The notes below the pieces were generated by a model. The model was not told the origin of the DNA, ran no database searches, and saw nothing but the letters and a program-made list of their open reading frames with translations. A DNA stretch of 64,000 nucleotides, from the sequence record ON190024.1; one strand, given 5' to 3'. Every line of letters starts with the position of its first letter. Position 1 is the first letter of the stretch. The position numbers and the translations under genes are program-made. Shown here piece after piece: positions 36,919 to 46,333 of the stretch.

Positions 36919-37141
36919 CTTAAATCTTAAATTGACTACTGCTTCTCGTTTTGAAGAATTGATGACGCGCCCTGGCGTCATCGTCAAGAACAGCTCTTCG
37001 GGTCCTGAATACATCACGACTGTTTACGATAAAGGCGAGTTAATTGCCGAACGTGTCCTGTACGTATCGCAAGCAGAGCATTTCGAGCTACAACTTCCTG
37101 AAGCAGTAAAAGCAGTTCGAAAGCCTAGTAAACTGCCGTAA
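36911..37141 (+). CDS. Hypothetical protein
   Basis: 76-aa coupled ORF. Confidence 0.6.
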   Translation: MDNLNLKLTTASRFEELMTRPGVIVKNSSSGPEYITTVYDKGELIAERVLYVSQAEHFELQLPEAVKAVRKPSKLP

Positions 37142-37177
37142 AAACTGTTTAACAACTAACTTTGTGAGTGTAATATT

Positions 37178-37378
37178 ATGAAATCTAAAGGTTTTACTCT
37201 GATCGAATTGATAGTCGTGATTGTGATTTTAGGTGTTTTGGCGTCAATCGGCGCAGGTGCATTGGGTTTAGGTCAAACTGCATCGTACACGACTCAATCG
37301 CAATCAGTGACATATGAAATTGACGGTCAGTTGATGCAATGTACTCCTGTGCAATCTGCATGGGACGATGATTTTTAA
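37178..37378 (+). CDS. Mini type IV pilin-like protein (class III signal peptide)
   Basis: MKSKG-FTLIELIVVIVILGVLASIGAG. Confidence 0.85.
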   Translation: MKSKGFTLIELIVVIVILGVLASIGAGALGLGQTASYTTQSQSVTYEIDGQLMQCTPVQSAWDDDF

Positions 37379-37387
37379 AGGTAATTG

Positions 37388-38287
37388 ATGAAAAACTACT
37401 TGCAACTATGTACTGAAATTCTCAACGAAGGTGATTTTCTTGAGAATCGAACAGGCACAAACACTGTTAGCGTGATTTCGCGTGAGCTTCGCTGGGATTT
37501 ATCGAAAGGTTTCCCGTTACTGACGACTAAGAAAATGGCAACTAAAGCCATCTTCGGTGAACTTCTATGGTTCTTGAGTGGTTCGGGGCTGATCAGCGAC
37601 TTGCGCAAATACACTGAGCTTTCAGACGAAGATTTCTGCATTTGGCAGCAAAATCTCGACGAGCTAAACGAGCGTGCAAAGAAAGCAGGTATTGTTCGAA
37701 ATGAAGACGATCTCGGTTATGTTTACGGTAAAGTATGGCGTAAGCGTCTATCTGTGACTGCTGACAAAGAAGTGACTGAGTTCGACCAAATTCATCAATT
37801 GCTGTGCGATATTGCAGCGGTTAAAGAAGACCCGACGCAAAGTGCGCAGCGTCGCATGATAGTTGAAGCATGGGACCCGTACTTCCACACGGAAAGCAAC
37901 TCAGTTGACGTAGCTCTACCGCCGTGTCACTATGGCTTTCAAGTGTTCGTGCGTAATGGTAAGATCAGTCTGAAGTGGAATCAGCGTTCAGTTGACACAT
38001 TCTTGGGTCTGCCGTTCAATATCGCATCGTATGCACTATTGGTTCACATTCTAGCACAGCTAACTGGCTTGAAAGTAGGTGAACTGATTTTCTCTGGTGG
38101 TGATGTTCACATTTATGAAGATCACATTGTGCAGGTACTGAAACAATTGCGACGTACTCCGCGTGAGCTACCGCAAATTCAACTGCCTGAATTTGATACG
38201 TTGTCACAATTGTTGACTAAACGTGCAAGCGACTTTGTTGTGTACGATTATGATCCGTACCCAGCACTAAAAGGTAAAATGTCATGA
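37388..38287 (+). CDS. td: Thymidylate synthase
   Basis: FPLLTTKK, ELLWFL, LPPCH, QRSVDTFLGLPFNIASY, HIYEDH; no intron. Confidence 0.96.
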   Translation: MKNYLQLCTEILNEGDFLENRTGTNTVSVISRELRWDLSKGFPLLTTKKMATKAIFGELLWFLSGSGLISDLRKYTELSDEDFCIWQQNLDELNERAKKAGIVRNEDDLGYVYGKVWRKRLSVTADKEVTEFDQIHQLLCDIAAVKEDPTQSAQRRMIVEAWDPYFHTESNSVDVALPPCHYGFQVFVRNGKISLKWNQRSVDTFLGLPFNIASYALLVHILAQLTGLKVGELIFSGGDVHIYEDHIVQVLKQLRRTPRELPQIQLPEFDTLSQLLTKRASDFVVYDYDPYPALKGKMS

Positions 38288-38478
38288 TCAGCAAAACCGA
38301 TTATTTTGAACTGAAAACAGGTACGCCAATCATCGTGATTGAGCGTATTGACACAATCGACGATGAGCTTCTAAAGCTCCCGTTCAGTAAAGTTGTTGCC
38401 GCAGATGATCCGAATATCAGCGAATCGTTAGCTGCCGGTAAAATTCACTATCTTTTTGACTTCGAAATAGGTGAGTAA
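38284..38478 (+). CDS. Hypothetical protein
   Basis: Coupled ORF. Confidence 0.6.
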   Translation: MISKTDYFELKTGTPIIVIERIDTIDDELLKLPFSKVVAADDPNISESLAAGKIHYLFDFEIGE

Positions 38479-38480
38479 AC

Positions 38481-38687
38481 ATGAACGTTGGTGAGTTCGT
38501 AGAAGGGTTGTTGACATTAATGGTATATGGTATCATTGCAGTTTGTCTTATTCTCGTACTGTCAGTTGGCGGGCTTATCTTCGGAACGTGTCTCATCATT
38601 TCGGGTCATACAATCGCTGGGTGGGTTGTTTCTGTTGTCTCAGCGATTATTTTTGCTTTCATATGCGCATTAATGAGGAATTTGTAA
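38481..38687 (+). CDS. Small membrane protein
   Basis: Two hydrophobic segments. Confidence 0.7.
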   Translation: MNVGEFVEGLLTLMVYGIIAVCLILVLSVGGLIFGTCLIISGHTIAGWVVSVVSAIIFAFICALMRNL

Positions 38688-38977
38688 TGTCTTTACACAT
38701 TTACGTAGAAGTTGACACCAACGACGGTGATTATGTCGGCGGTCTAACCGCAGCATCAAGTGAAGAAATCGAAAGATTTGAAACACTTGTTCATCTTTCG
38801 GGTGATAGTCTAGCGAGTTGGACAGAAGGCGAATGCCAAGATCGCCCGAATTCAGAAGTATACCCGCAGTTTAGCGAAAATGACATCGAGTTCATTTCCG
38901 ATAAAATGCCTTACTGTGAATACGGCTTTCACACCGTTGAAAAAATTAAAATCGTGGATGTGTTGAATACGCTATGA
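38687..38977 (+). CDS. Acidic hypothetical protein
   Basis: Start reassigned to MSLHIY after GAGG SD. Confidence 0.7.
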   Translation: MSLHIYVEVDTNDGDYVGGLTAASSEEIERFETLVHLSGDSLASWTEGECQDRPNSEVYPQFSENDIEFISDKMPYCEYGFHTVEKIKIVDVLNTL

Positions 38978-39294
38978 TCAATGAAATTCTAGCTTCAAGT
39001 AAGCGAATCGACAACGGTCGAACTGTTAAAGACGTTCATATGAGCGTTGTTGAAGAAGTAGGCGAACTAGCAACTGAAGTTCGCGTCAAGTACGGCACGT
39101 CGTACAAAAACGCTGACGTTGACGGCATTCTGGGTGAAGCGGTAGACGGGATTTTGTGTCTCGTTGATCTGATTTACGTTGATAACCCGAACATCACTGA
39201 AGCTGAAATCATGAACGTTGTTCGTAACAAGCTCGCCAAATGGGAGCGCAAAGAAAACGAACACAAAACAAAATCTGAACAAATGGTGAAATAA
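38974..39294 (+). CDS. MazG-like NTP pyrophosphohydrolase
   Basis: VVEEVGELA...GEAVDGIL. Confidence 0.75.
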   Translation: MINEILASSKRIDNGRTVKDVHMSVVEEVGELATEVRVKYGTSYKNADVDGILGEAVDGILCLVDLIYVDNPNITEAEIMNVVRNKLAKWERKENEHKTKSEQMVK

Positions 39295-39591
39295 ATGACA
39301 AATCGTTATACATTCGAAGAAATTCTTGGTGAAGACTACGAAAACAAAGACTATCTTGACTTTCTGCTATATGGCGATGGTGACTTCTCGGGCGTAAACT
39401 TCATTGAACAAGATGGTGGTGGCGAAGGTGGTTCTGAATACTGCTACACGATTCTTGAAAAAGACGGTCGTTACTTCAAGACTGAATACAGTTACTACAG
39501 CTACCACGGTTACGACAACTACGGTGATTCGTTCGTTGAAGTTTACCCAAAGCAAGTTACGATCACCCAATACGTGAGCACTCCTCAGTAA
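39295..39591 (+). CDS. Hypothetical protein
   Basis: EQDGGGEGGSEY...YYSYHGYD motif. Confidence 0.7.
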   Translation: MTNRYTFEEILGEDYENKDYLDFLLYGDGDFSGVNFIEQDGGGEGGSEYCYTILEKDGRYFKTEYSYYSYHGYDNYGDSFVEVYPKQVTITQYVSTPQ

Positions 39592-40352
39592 TGCGTATTG
39601 TTGTCGGGTCAACTGCGTTGCATCATAATGGTATTCGACTGCGTAAGACCATTAAAGATCTAGATGTATTCGTAGACTCGCCCGACTCGGCTAACGACGG
39701 GGATGATTTTATTGTCATGCCCGTCGAGATATTGCAGATGTTCGATGGTGATATAGCAACTGCTGACGAAATCTACACGATTAAGTGCAGTCATCTTGGT
39801 TGGGATGAGCATAAAGTCGGATATAGTCAGTTTGGTGGTTCGACATTGTGGGACAAGCACAAGCGTGATGTTATTGCGCTATCACGATTCTGCAAAATCA
39901 AGCCTGAGCTATACGCAGCGTTGACGAATCATTGGCGAAAAGAGCTTGGCAATAAAGAGTATCTGTGCTTGAACAAAGACGCAGACGACTTCTTTAATGA
40001 CAAAGTGAGATACGTGTATGACCATGATGAACTACATCGAATGGTTGCAGCACCCAATCGCCCGTTGTATGAGAAAATTCTCAAAGACGACTGTGATGTT
40101 TTAGTCAGTAAAGAGAAGTTCGAACAATTGTCATTCGAAGACAAGATCAATTTGTTCCACGAGGAAATTTCGGTGATTGCTATTGAACGATATATTGTTC
40201 ACGGTATGATGCCGCTGAATGCGTGGAATCATGCGTTGAAGAAGACAATTACACGGCTGACCAAGAATTGGGCATGTGATTTCATTTGTGCAAACATGAG
40301 TCATTACATGAAGCCGAAATATAATTTGAATATTCTTGAAGAAAAGGGTTGA
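39591..40352 (+). CDS. Putative nucleotidyltransferase-fold protein
   Basis: VVGSTAL...KDLDVF (GS/DxD); YDHDELH. Confidence 0.6.
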   Translation: MRIVVGSTALHHNGIRLRKTIKDLDVFVDSPDSANDGDDFIVMPVEILQMFDGDIATADEIYTIKCSHLGWDEHKVGYSQFGGSTLWDKHKRDVIALSRFCKIKPELYAALTNHWRKELGNKEYLCLNKDADDFFNDKVRYVYDHDELHRMVAAPNRPLYEKILKDDCDVLVSKEKFEQLSFEDKINLFHEEISVIAIERYIVHGMMPLNAWNHALKKTITRLTKNWACDFICANMSHYMKPKYNLNILEEKG

Positions 40353-40378
40353 CTGCGGTCAGCCCTTTCGCGTATTAT
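40342..40378 (+). promoter_or_regulatory. Terminator-like hairpin containing an early promoter
   Basis: AAAAGGGTTGA-CTGCGG-TCAGCCCTTT; TTGACT-18-TATTAT. Confidence 0.75.
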
Positions 40379-40421
40379 AGCTTCATCAACACGACGTTGA
40401 CCAAAACAAAGAGAGAACATT

Positions 40422-40751
40422 ATGACTGACCTAACTAAATTCGACATCAAATTTGCTGAAATCAAAGTCGTTTATTCTATGCGTGCAGAACACCAAAAAG
40501 TAGCAATGCGCCTTGAAGACGGTACAATCATGCTGCATGAAGTGCTTTTCATGGATGCGAAAGGTTCATATTGTGAAAGTCGCAAACTGTGGAGCACTAC
40601 AGTTGAAAAAGCATGTGCATGGCCAGGTTATGAGTCAGCGCAGCTTATTGACAAAATCAAAGCAGCGGGTAAAGTGTCACTTAAACACTGGCGCGCAGCA
40701 TCAAACGGCGACTACGAAATCTTTCGCCTTATCGAATCATTTGAGGGTTAA
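40422..40751 (+). CDS. Early hypothetical protein
   Basis: Conserved early leader and SD. Confidence 0.75.
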   Translation: MTDLTKFDIKFAEIKVVYSMRAEHQKVAMRLEDGTIMLHEVLFMDAKGSYCESRKLWSTTVEKACAWPGYESAQLIDKIKAAGKVSLKHWRAASNGDYEIFRLIESFEG

Positions 40752-40753
40752 TC

Positions 40754-41155
40754 ATGTCAGAAGTTTACCAAATGTGGGAAAAGAAAATCCAACGCCTTGA
40801 AGAAATGCACAAGAAAATCTACGACATGGGTCAACTTGCTGCTGGTGATGAAGGCAAGTATATTTTCAAGACTGAAATGAAGCGTGAACATCTATCACGC
40901 GAGATTTCACATGAAATTGACCATAAAGGTCTAGATCTACACCATCTTATGTACAAAGGTTTGCATGAGACAGCACGTGAATATCAAAGTGCAATCATGA
41001 TTTTCTGCAAAGAAATGCCTCTTGAACAGCGTCGAGAACTGTTTGACAAGATTCGCGCTGTGTTCAATATTGATGCTTACACCGACGAAGCATGGGACGG
41101 CGTTCTTAAACGTTTTAAAGATTCACTGTTAAGCCAAGGTATGATTGAGGAGTAA
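40754..41155 (+). CDS. Hypothetical protein
   Basis: 133-aa ORF. Confidence 0.7.
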   Translation: MSEVYQMWEKKIQRLEEMHKKIYDMGQLAAGDEGKYIFKTEMKREHLSREISHEIDHKGLDLHHLMYKGLHETAREYQSAIMIFCKEMPLEQRRELFDKIRAVFNIDAYTDEAWDGVLKRFKDSLLSQGMIEE

Positions 41156-41158
41156 ATT

Positions 41159-41866
41159 ATGAGCAGCTACAATGTCAAGAAAGCAGAGTGTGAAAAGCGC
41201 GGCATTGCATTCAACTTCACAGAAGAACAATGGAAAACATTACAAAATATGAAGAACGGTGGTCGTTGTGCGTACACAAACCACCCGTTTAATCCAAGCA
41301 GCAAGAAAATGCGTGCTACAGTCGAGCGCATTGATGAGTCGATGCCGTATGAACCAAAGAACTGTGTTCTTGTGACTCAGCTTGCTAACAACGTAAAGTG
41401 TAACTACATCGAGCAGAATCAGCCCGTGAGTAAAGCAAATGCTGAAGAAGTTCATACATTGAAGCAGATTCAACGTGTTCTTGCTGATGATAAGAAAGTC
41501 AAAAGCATCATTCAGACATATATTGAACGCTACAAAGGTGAAGTTATTGAAACTCCGATGACTGATCTTGAGATCACCAAGCTATACGTGAAGTACGCAA
41601 CTGAAGCACAGCGCAAAGGTAAGCACTTTGAAATCACGATAGGCGACTTCAAACGAACTGTATCGCGTAAACGCTGCCAGGTTAGCAAAGTACTACTGCC
41701 GAACATGAAACAGCGCGTAGTGCGCGTTATAGACGATTCTAAGCCTATTACGTGTGACAACATTCAAGTAACTTCGCGTCAAATCGACGAAATCATGACT
41801 GCCATTGAAGAAATGGACATGACACTCGCGCAAAAACGCGCAATGATGAAATCAATTGGAGCATAA
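41159..41866 (+). CDS. Srd-like protein with internally duplicated domain
   Basis: KRGIAFNF...CAYTNHPF...VERIDESMPYEPKNC resembles T4 Srd; second copy KGKHFEI...CQVSK...VIDDSKPITCDNI. Confidence 0.55.
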   Translation: MSSYNVKKAECEKRGIAFNFTEEQWKTLQNMKNGGRCAYTNHPFNPSSKKMRATVERIDESMPYEPKNCVLVTQLANNVKCNYIEQNQPVSKANAEEVHTLKQIQRVLADDKKVKSIIQTYIERYKGEVIETPMTDLEITKLYVKYATEAQRKGKHFEITIGDFKRTVSRKRCQVSKVLLPNMKQRVVRVIDDSKPITCDNIQVTSRQIDEIMTAIEEMDMTLAQKRAMMKSIGA

Positions 41867-41867
41867 C

Positions 41868-42128
41868 ATGAGCTATTTGTTATCAATGAACAAAGGTTGT
41901 TCAACTGTAGTAATGGTTAGTGGTGTACCGTTAGTTGTTGATCACGAGATCGAGTACGTGACGGTTGATAAAAACGGTTACGTGACTGGGTGGACTGAAC
42001 GCCCTTATTTCGACGAAGACGATAAAACGTGGTCATGTTACGAGCTATATGGTGAACAATGGCATCTTGCAACGATTGCAAATCCAACACCAGAAGCAAT
42101 TGAAACATTAATTGAGGTATATCCATGA
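41868..42128 (+). CDS. Hypothetical protein
   Basis: YVTVDKNGYVTGWTERP motif; start after GGAG SD. Confidence 0.65.
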   Translation: MSYLLSMNKGCSTVVMVSGVPLVVDHEIEYVTVDKNGYVTGWTERPYFDEDDKTWSCYELYGEQWHLATIANPTPEAIETLIEVYP

Positions 42129-42493
42129 AAAACGTAATGCAACAACTTGCAGATGAGTATCGTAACTCAGATAAAAATGATCCTGAGTTACACTGTGACA
42201 TTTTTCTTTTACCCGTTAATGAAGACGGTGGGATTGATTCAGAGTATATCAAAGAGACACTTTCTGCGGTGTATGCTGAAATTCGTCGATTTACGGGAAT
42301 GACTCTCACTGAAGCAAGAGAATGGTTCTCGAAACAACAATGTGAAACTTGGTTTGGTGAATCAAAAATCGTAAACGAAAAAGTTTATAAGTCGTTCTAC
42401 GTGCGATACGATATTCCTGAAGACTTATTGAAACCCGTATTCACGTCAGATTGGACACAGGGTCCGTCTGCAACATTTGAGGAAGCAATTTGA
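42125..42493 (+). CDS. Hypothetical protein
   Basis: 122-aa coupled ORF. Confidence 0.65.
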   Translation: MKNVMQQLADEYRNSDKNDPELHCDIFLLPVNEDGGIDSEYIKETLSAVYAEIRRFTGMTLTEAREWFSKQQCETWFGESKIVNEKVYKSFYVRYDIPEDLLKPVFTSDWTQGPSATFEEAI

Positions 42494-43230
42494 GAATTTT
42501 TATTTTTAGTGGTGCTGGACTTGACGCCGAATCAGGTATCAGCACGTTTCGAGACGCAAATGGTTTGTGGGAAAATCATGATATTATGCAAGTTTGCAAT
42601 ATCAATACATTCCTCAACAACTACGAGTTGACTCACAAGTTTTACAACCAACGTCGCGTGCAATTGGCAGATGTTCACCCGAACGCAGCACATTACAAAA
42701 TTGCTGAACTATGCGAAAAATACGACGTTGACAATTACACTGCGAACGTTTCTGATCTATTAGAGCGTGCGGGGTGTAAAGATGTGAAGCACATTCACGG
42801 TGAATTGACCAAGATTGTGCAAGATTACACATCAAAAGACAGTACGGTCATTGACATTGGTTACAATGAATATGAACTACGCACTGGTCGACGCGATAAA
42901 CCGGGTGTTGTATTCTTCAATGAAGGCGCGCCGATGTACACGCAGTTCTGGGGTGATATTGACACTCTATTGCCAAGCGACATTGCTATCGTTGTTGGTT
43001 CAACTCTCGAAATCAACCCAATCCATTGGGATTTGGCAAAAACGGGTTGTAAATTCATTTTAATTAATCCGACTGGCATTGATACAGAGAAACACACTGA
43101 ATTGAATGAAGCTATCCGAATGTGTGATATTTTCATCAACAAGCCAGCCACTGAGGCATTTGATGAAATTGACAAGCATATTGAAGAACATGTTTCTATT
43201 CACTTTCCACATGGCATCCCTTCTGTTTGA
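42490..43230 (+). CDS. sir2: Sir2/CobB-family NAD-dependent deacylase
   Basis: SGAGLDAESGISTFR, HPNAAH, HIHGEL, KPGVVFF, VGSTL. Confidence 0.9.
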   Translation: MRIFIFSGAGLDAESGISTFRDANGLWENHDIMQVCNINTFLNNYELTHKFYNQRRVQLADVHPNAAHYKIAELCEKYDVDNYTANVSDLLERAGCKDVKHIHGELTKIVQDYTSKDSTVIDIGYNEYELRTGRRDKPGVVFFNEGAPMYTQFWGDIDTLLPSDIAIVVGSTLEINPIHWDLAKTGCKFILINPTGIDTEKHTELNEAIRMCDIFINKPATEAFDEIDKHIEEHVSIHFPHGIPSV

Positions 43231-43393
43231 AGCAATCGGGATTATCATTAGTGCGAGTGGTGCTGCTGTTTCTTTCATATCAGCGTTTTTACTCATTCTA
43301 GATAAGTTGTATATTTTAGCAGTATGTGCGTCTATACTAGGCGCACTGTTAACGTACTGCTATGTGAAATTGAGTGAGGAACATGATGTCTAA
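43211..43393 (+). CDS. Small membrane protein
   Basis: Two hydrophobic segments from MASLL. Confidence 0.55.
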   Translation: MASLLFEAIGIIISASGAAVSFISAFLLILDKLYILAVCASILGALLTYCYVKLSEEHDV

Positions 43394-44034
43394 TTCTCAA
43401 TGTACCAGTCGGGAAATTTATCATTCTTAATGCGACGGCTTACCGTGTCTCTGCTTATTGAATGAGCTTCGGCTGCTGACATTCTAGACTCGAATTTGCC
43501 TAGAGGGGTGCATACATAGCCATTGAACATTGCATTGTTTACACCTGTTGCCTTGCCTTTGCGTGATTGTGACATCTTGTGCAGTGATTCTTTGTTGTGT
43601 GTCTTTCCTTTGAATGGGTTACGTTCTTTCATCAATTCGCTATGTTCAGGTCGCTTTTTACCATACATCGGGTTTCCTGCACCTGTCATGCGTTTAGAAT
43701 GTTCATCGGCAGCATTCTTTCTAGCAGGCGATGAGTTCCATTTCAACCAACCATTTGTGTTACCGAGATCACCACCAAGTGCTTGGTTGTAGGTATCAGG
43801 TCTAGAAACGAAATCTTCGGTTACCAGTTCTGATTCTAATGTAAACGCATCTTCATACGAGTTGAATATGTCAATTATTTCACGTGTGAAGTTTTCACTG
43901 CCGTATTTTTGAATGGCGTTTAAGATGTGCTTGCCTGACCCTAGATATGAGTCATCGAGATTATCAGTTTTGTGAACGCCGATGTAAATTTTATTGTTTA
44001 TAGTGTTTGTTGTCTTATATACAATGTAATACAT
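43390..44034 (-). mobile_element. Free-standing GIY-YIG (Seg-like) homing endonuclease with NUMOD3-like motifs
   Basis: IVYKTTNTINNKIYIGVH, YLGSG, NPMYGK, NPFKGKTH; antisense to neighbours. Confidence 0.88.
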
Positions 44035-44051
44035 AAATATCTCCTTTCATG

Positions 44052-44059
44052 TATTTATA
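44052..44059 (-). promoter_or_regulatory. Late promoter of the homing endonuclease
   Basis: Perfect TATAAATA, then AGGAG SD. Confidence 0.8.
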
Positions 44060-44074
44060 ATTTAATGAACGAGG

Positions 44075-45874
44075 TTGCTGGTGCAAACTAAAGAAAAATT
44101 TGAAATGCTCACAGATCGCGAACACTGTTTGCGTAGGCCGGGTATGTATATCGGTTCTGTGAATAAAGAAGCGCATGAACGATTTGTAATGGGTGAATAT
44201 AAGTCAATTGAGTATGTCCCAGGCTTGGTTAAAATCATCAACGAGATCATAGACAACTGCTTAGATGAAGCAATTAGAACTCAGTTCAAATTTGCAAACG
44301 TTATTGAAGTCAAAATAGAAGGTAATCGAGTTACTGTATCTGACAACGGTCGCGGATTACCTCAAGATAAAATAATTGACACTGAGGGTAAAGAAATACT
44401 CCGACCGGAAGCTGCATGGACTCGTACTAAAGCAGGGTCGTCTTTTGATGACGAGAGAACTACAATCGGTGCAAATGGTGTCGGGTCAGCGTTAACAAAC
44501 TTCTTCAGTCATCAATTCATCGGTAAGACGTGTGACGGTAAGAACACAGTTACCGTAAGCTGTTCGAACAACGCAGAGCGTATTTTCGTTAGAACTTCGA
44601 AAGGTGGTACACAAGGTACGTCGGTTGAATTCATCCCTGATTTCAATCGTTTTGGTGTCTTCGGTATTTCACCACAAGACGAAGAAATCATCAAAGATCG
44701 ATTAGCTGCGTTATCAGTAGCATTCCCTGAAATCACGTTCAAGTACAATGGTAAGAAGCACGCACCTACGCTGAAGCAATACGCGAAGATGTTCGGGACT
44801 GATGTTTCATTTGAGTTTGATAACGTCGCGTTGTTTATTGCAGCGTCTGATGAATTTAGACATAATAGTTTCATCAATGGTGTGCATACTATTAATGGTG
44901 GTACGCATGTTGATTATTTCTCGAATAAATTAGCCGATGAGCTAATCCCGATGATTAAGCGCAAGCACAAAATCAACGTACCGAAGCCACAATTGAAGAA
45001 CGGATTGACAATTGGTCTGTTTATCAGAAACTTTGTTGACCCGAAATTTGATAGTCAGACAAAAGAGCGTCTAACGAGTTCTCAAGGTGATGTATCGCCA
45101 TACTTGAAAGACATTTCTTACGACAAAATTGCCAAGAAGATTTTAGCTGATGATGACATCATCATGCCAATCATCGAAGCATTGCTTGCAAAGCAACATG
45201 CAGCAGAAGCACGCGAGTTAGCACGCAAGCAGAAAAAAGCACAGAACGCAAAAGTCGTAGACCACATCAAAGCAACTATGCCTGGTGGTACGTTGTTCTT
45301 GACTGAGGGTAAGTCTGCGATTGGTTATTTGATCAAAGTTCGTGACAGTAAGAAACATGGTGGCATTCCGCTGCGTGGTAAAGTACTGAGCACATGGGGT
45401 AAACGCCCTGCTAAGATCATGGAAAATAAAGAACTGTGCGATATTATGTCAGTTCTGAACATTCAGCTTGGTAACGACGACATTCGAGACATGTATTATC
45501 ACGACATCGGCATTTTAGTTGACGCTGACGTTGATGGTAAAGGTTCGATTTTCCCGTTATTGCTTGCGTTTTTCTATAACTGGCCAGAGCTATACAAACA
45601 GAAGCGAATCAAATTCGTTCGTACGCCAGTAGTGATTGCGACTAACAAGAAAGAAACTAAATGGTTCTATTCTATTGATGAGTATCGCAAGGCTAAGCTG
45701 TCTAAAACGTGGAAGATTCGTTACATCAAGGGTTTGGGTTCATTGACTGAAAAAGAATACAAGAAAGTTATTAACGAGCCAGTTTTTGACGAGATTGTAA
45801 TTGATGACCCATCTTGTTTTGAACTACTATTCGGTGACGACACTGATAAACGTAAGGATTGGATGACCCAATGA
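44075..45874 (+). CDS. 39: DNA topoisomerase II large subunit (fused gp39+gp60)
   Basis: RPGMYIGS, EIIDN, DNGRG, GANGVGS, TEGKSA, PLRGK, DADVDG, RYIKGLGS; start may be GTG 44081. Confidence 0.95.
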   Translation: MLVQTKEKFEMLTDREHCLRRPGMYIGSVNKEAHERFVMGEYKSIEYVPGLVKIINEIIDNCLDEAIRTQFKFANVIEVKIEGNRVTVSDNGRGLPQDKIIDTEGKEILRPEAAWTRTKAGSSFDDERTTIGANGVGSALTNFFSHQFIGKTCDGKNTVTVSCSNNAERIFVRTSKGGTQGTSVEFIPDFNRFGVFGISPQDEEIIKDRLAALSVAFPEITFKYNGKKHAPTLKQYAKMFGTDVSFEFDNVALFIAASDEFRHNSFINGVHTINGGTHVDYFSNKLADELIPMIKRKHKINVPKPQLKNGLTIGLFIRNFVDPKFDSQTKERLTSSQGDVSPYLKDISYDKIAKKILADDDIIMPIIEALLAKQHAAEARELARKQKKAQNAKVVDHIKATMPGGTLFLTEGKSAIGYLIKVRDSKKHGGIPLRGKVLSTWGKRPAKIMENKELCDIMSVLNIQLGNDDIRDMYYHDIGILVDADVDGKGSIFPLLLAFFYNWPELYKQKRIKFVRTPVVIATNKKETKWFYSIDEYRKAKLSKTWKIRYIKGLGSLTEKEYKKVINEPVFDEIVIDDPSCFELLFGDDTDKRKDWMTQ

Positions 45875-46101
45875 TTACAGCAAAAGAAGCACGAGCACGC
45901 AGGAAGAAACTTCCTGCTGCTGTTGAAAAATCGCTTGAGGAACTGGATTTTGCGGTGCAATGCGCCGCTCAGTCGAAGAACCGTGTCGATTTTCGCACTG
46001 ACAAACTGACCGAAAGTGAACGCGATCAACTACGGGCTATACTGATTAGCCTCGGTTATGAAGCGTTTATTGCCGGTGAAAAACTTGAGGTAATGTGGTA
46101 A
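45871..46101 (+). CDS. Small hypothetical protein, local paralog family
   Basis: AKEARAR...LGY...LEVMW. Confidence 0.65.
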   Translation: MITAKEARARRKKLPAAVEKSLEELDFAVQCAAQSKNRVDFRTDKLTESERDQLRAILISLGYEAFIAGEKLEVMW

Positions 46102-46316
46102 TGAGCAATTTTCTTCGAATTCTAGAAGACATGTGTCGTGACTTTCGCGGCGAACTGAACGAAGCAGCGACTGCCGAGGTTGATTACTACCTCATTCAGA
46201 TATATGTCGCGTTGCTTTCACTAGGCTTCGGCGTGCAGATTTCGATTTTCGTTGCATTTTATGCAATTTTTTACATCCCAATGAGTATGATCGGTCGAGT
46301 GGTAGGTATTAAATAA
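46101..46316 (+). CDS. Small membrane protein
   Basis: Hydrophobic C-terminal half. Confidence 0.6.
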   Translation: MSNFLRILEDMCRDFRGELNEAATAEVDYYLIQIYVALLSLGFGVQISIFVAFYAIFYIPMSMIGRVVGIK

Positions 46317-46333
46317 GAGACGGAGGTGGCACT

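Noticed and set aside
37147-37180. Leaderless promoter for the mini-pilin (TTTAAC-17-TAATAT)
   Set aside because: The -10 ends one base before the ATG, so a start site would fall inside the codon region; GAG plus an AT spacer is more simply an SD
26787-38287. Group I introns in nrdD or td, as in T4
   Set aside because: Both reading frames are continuous and of normal length
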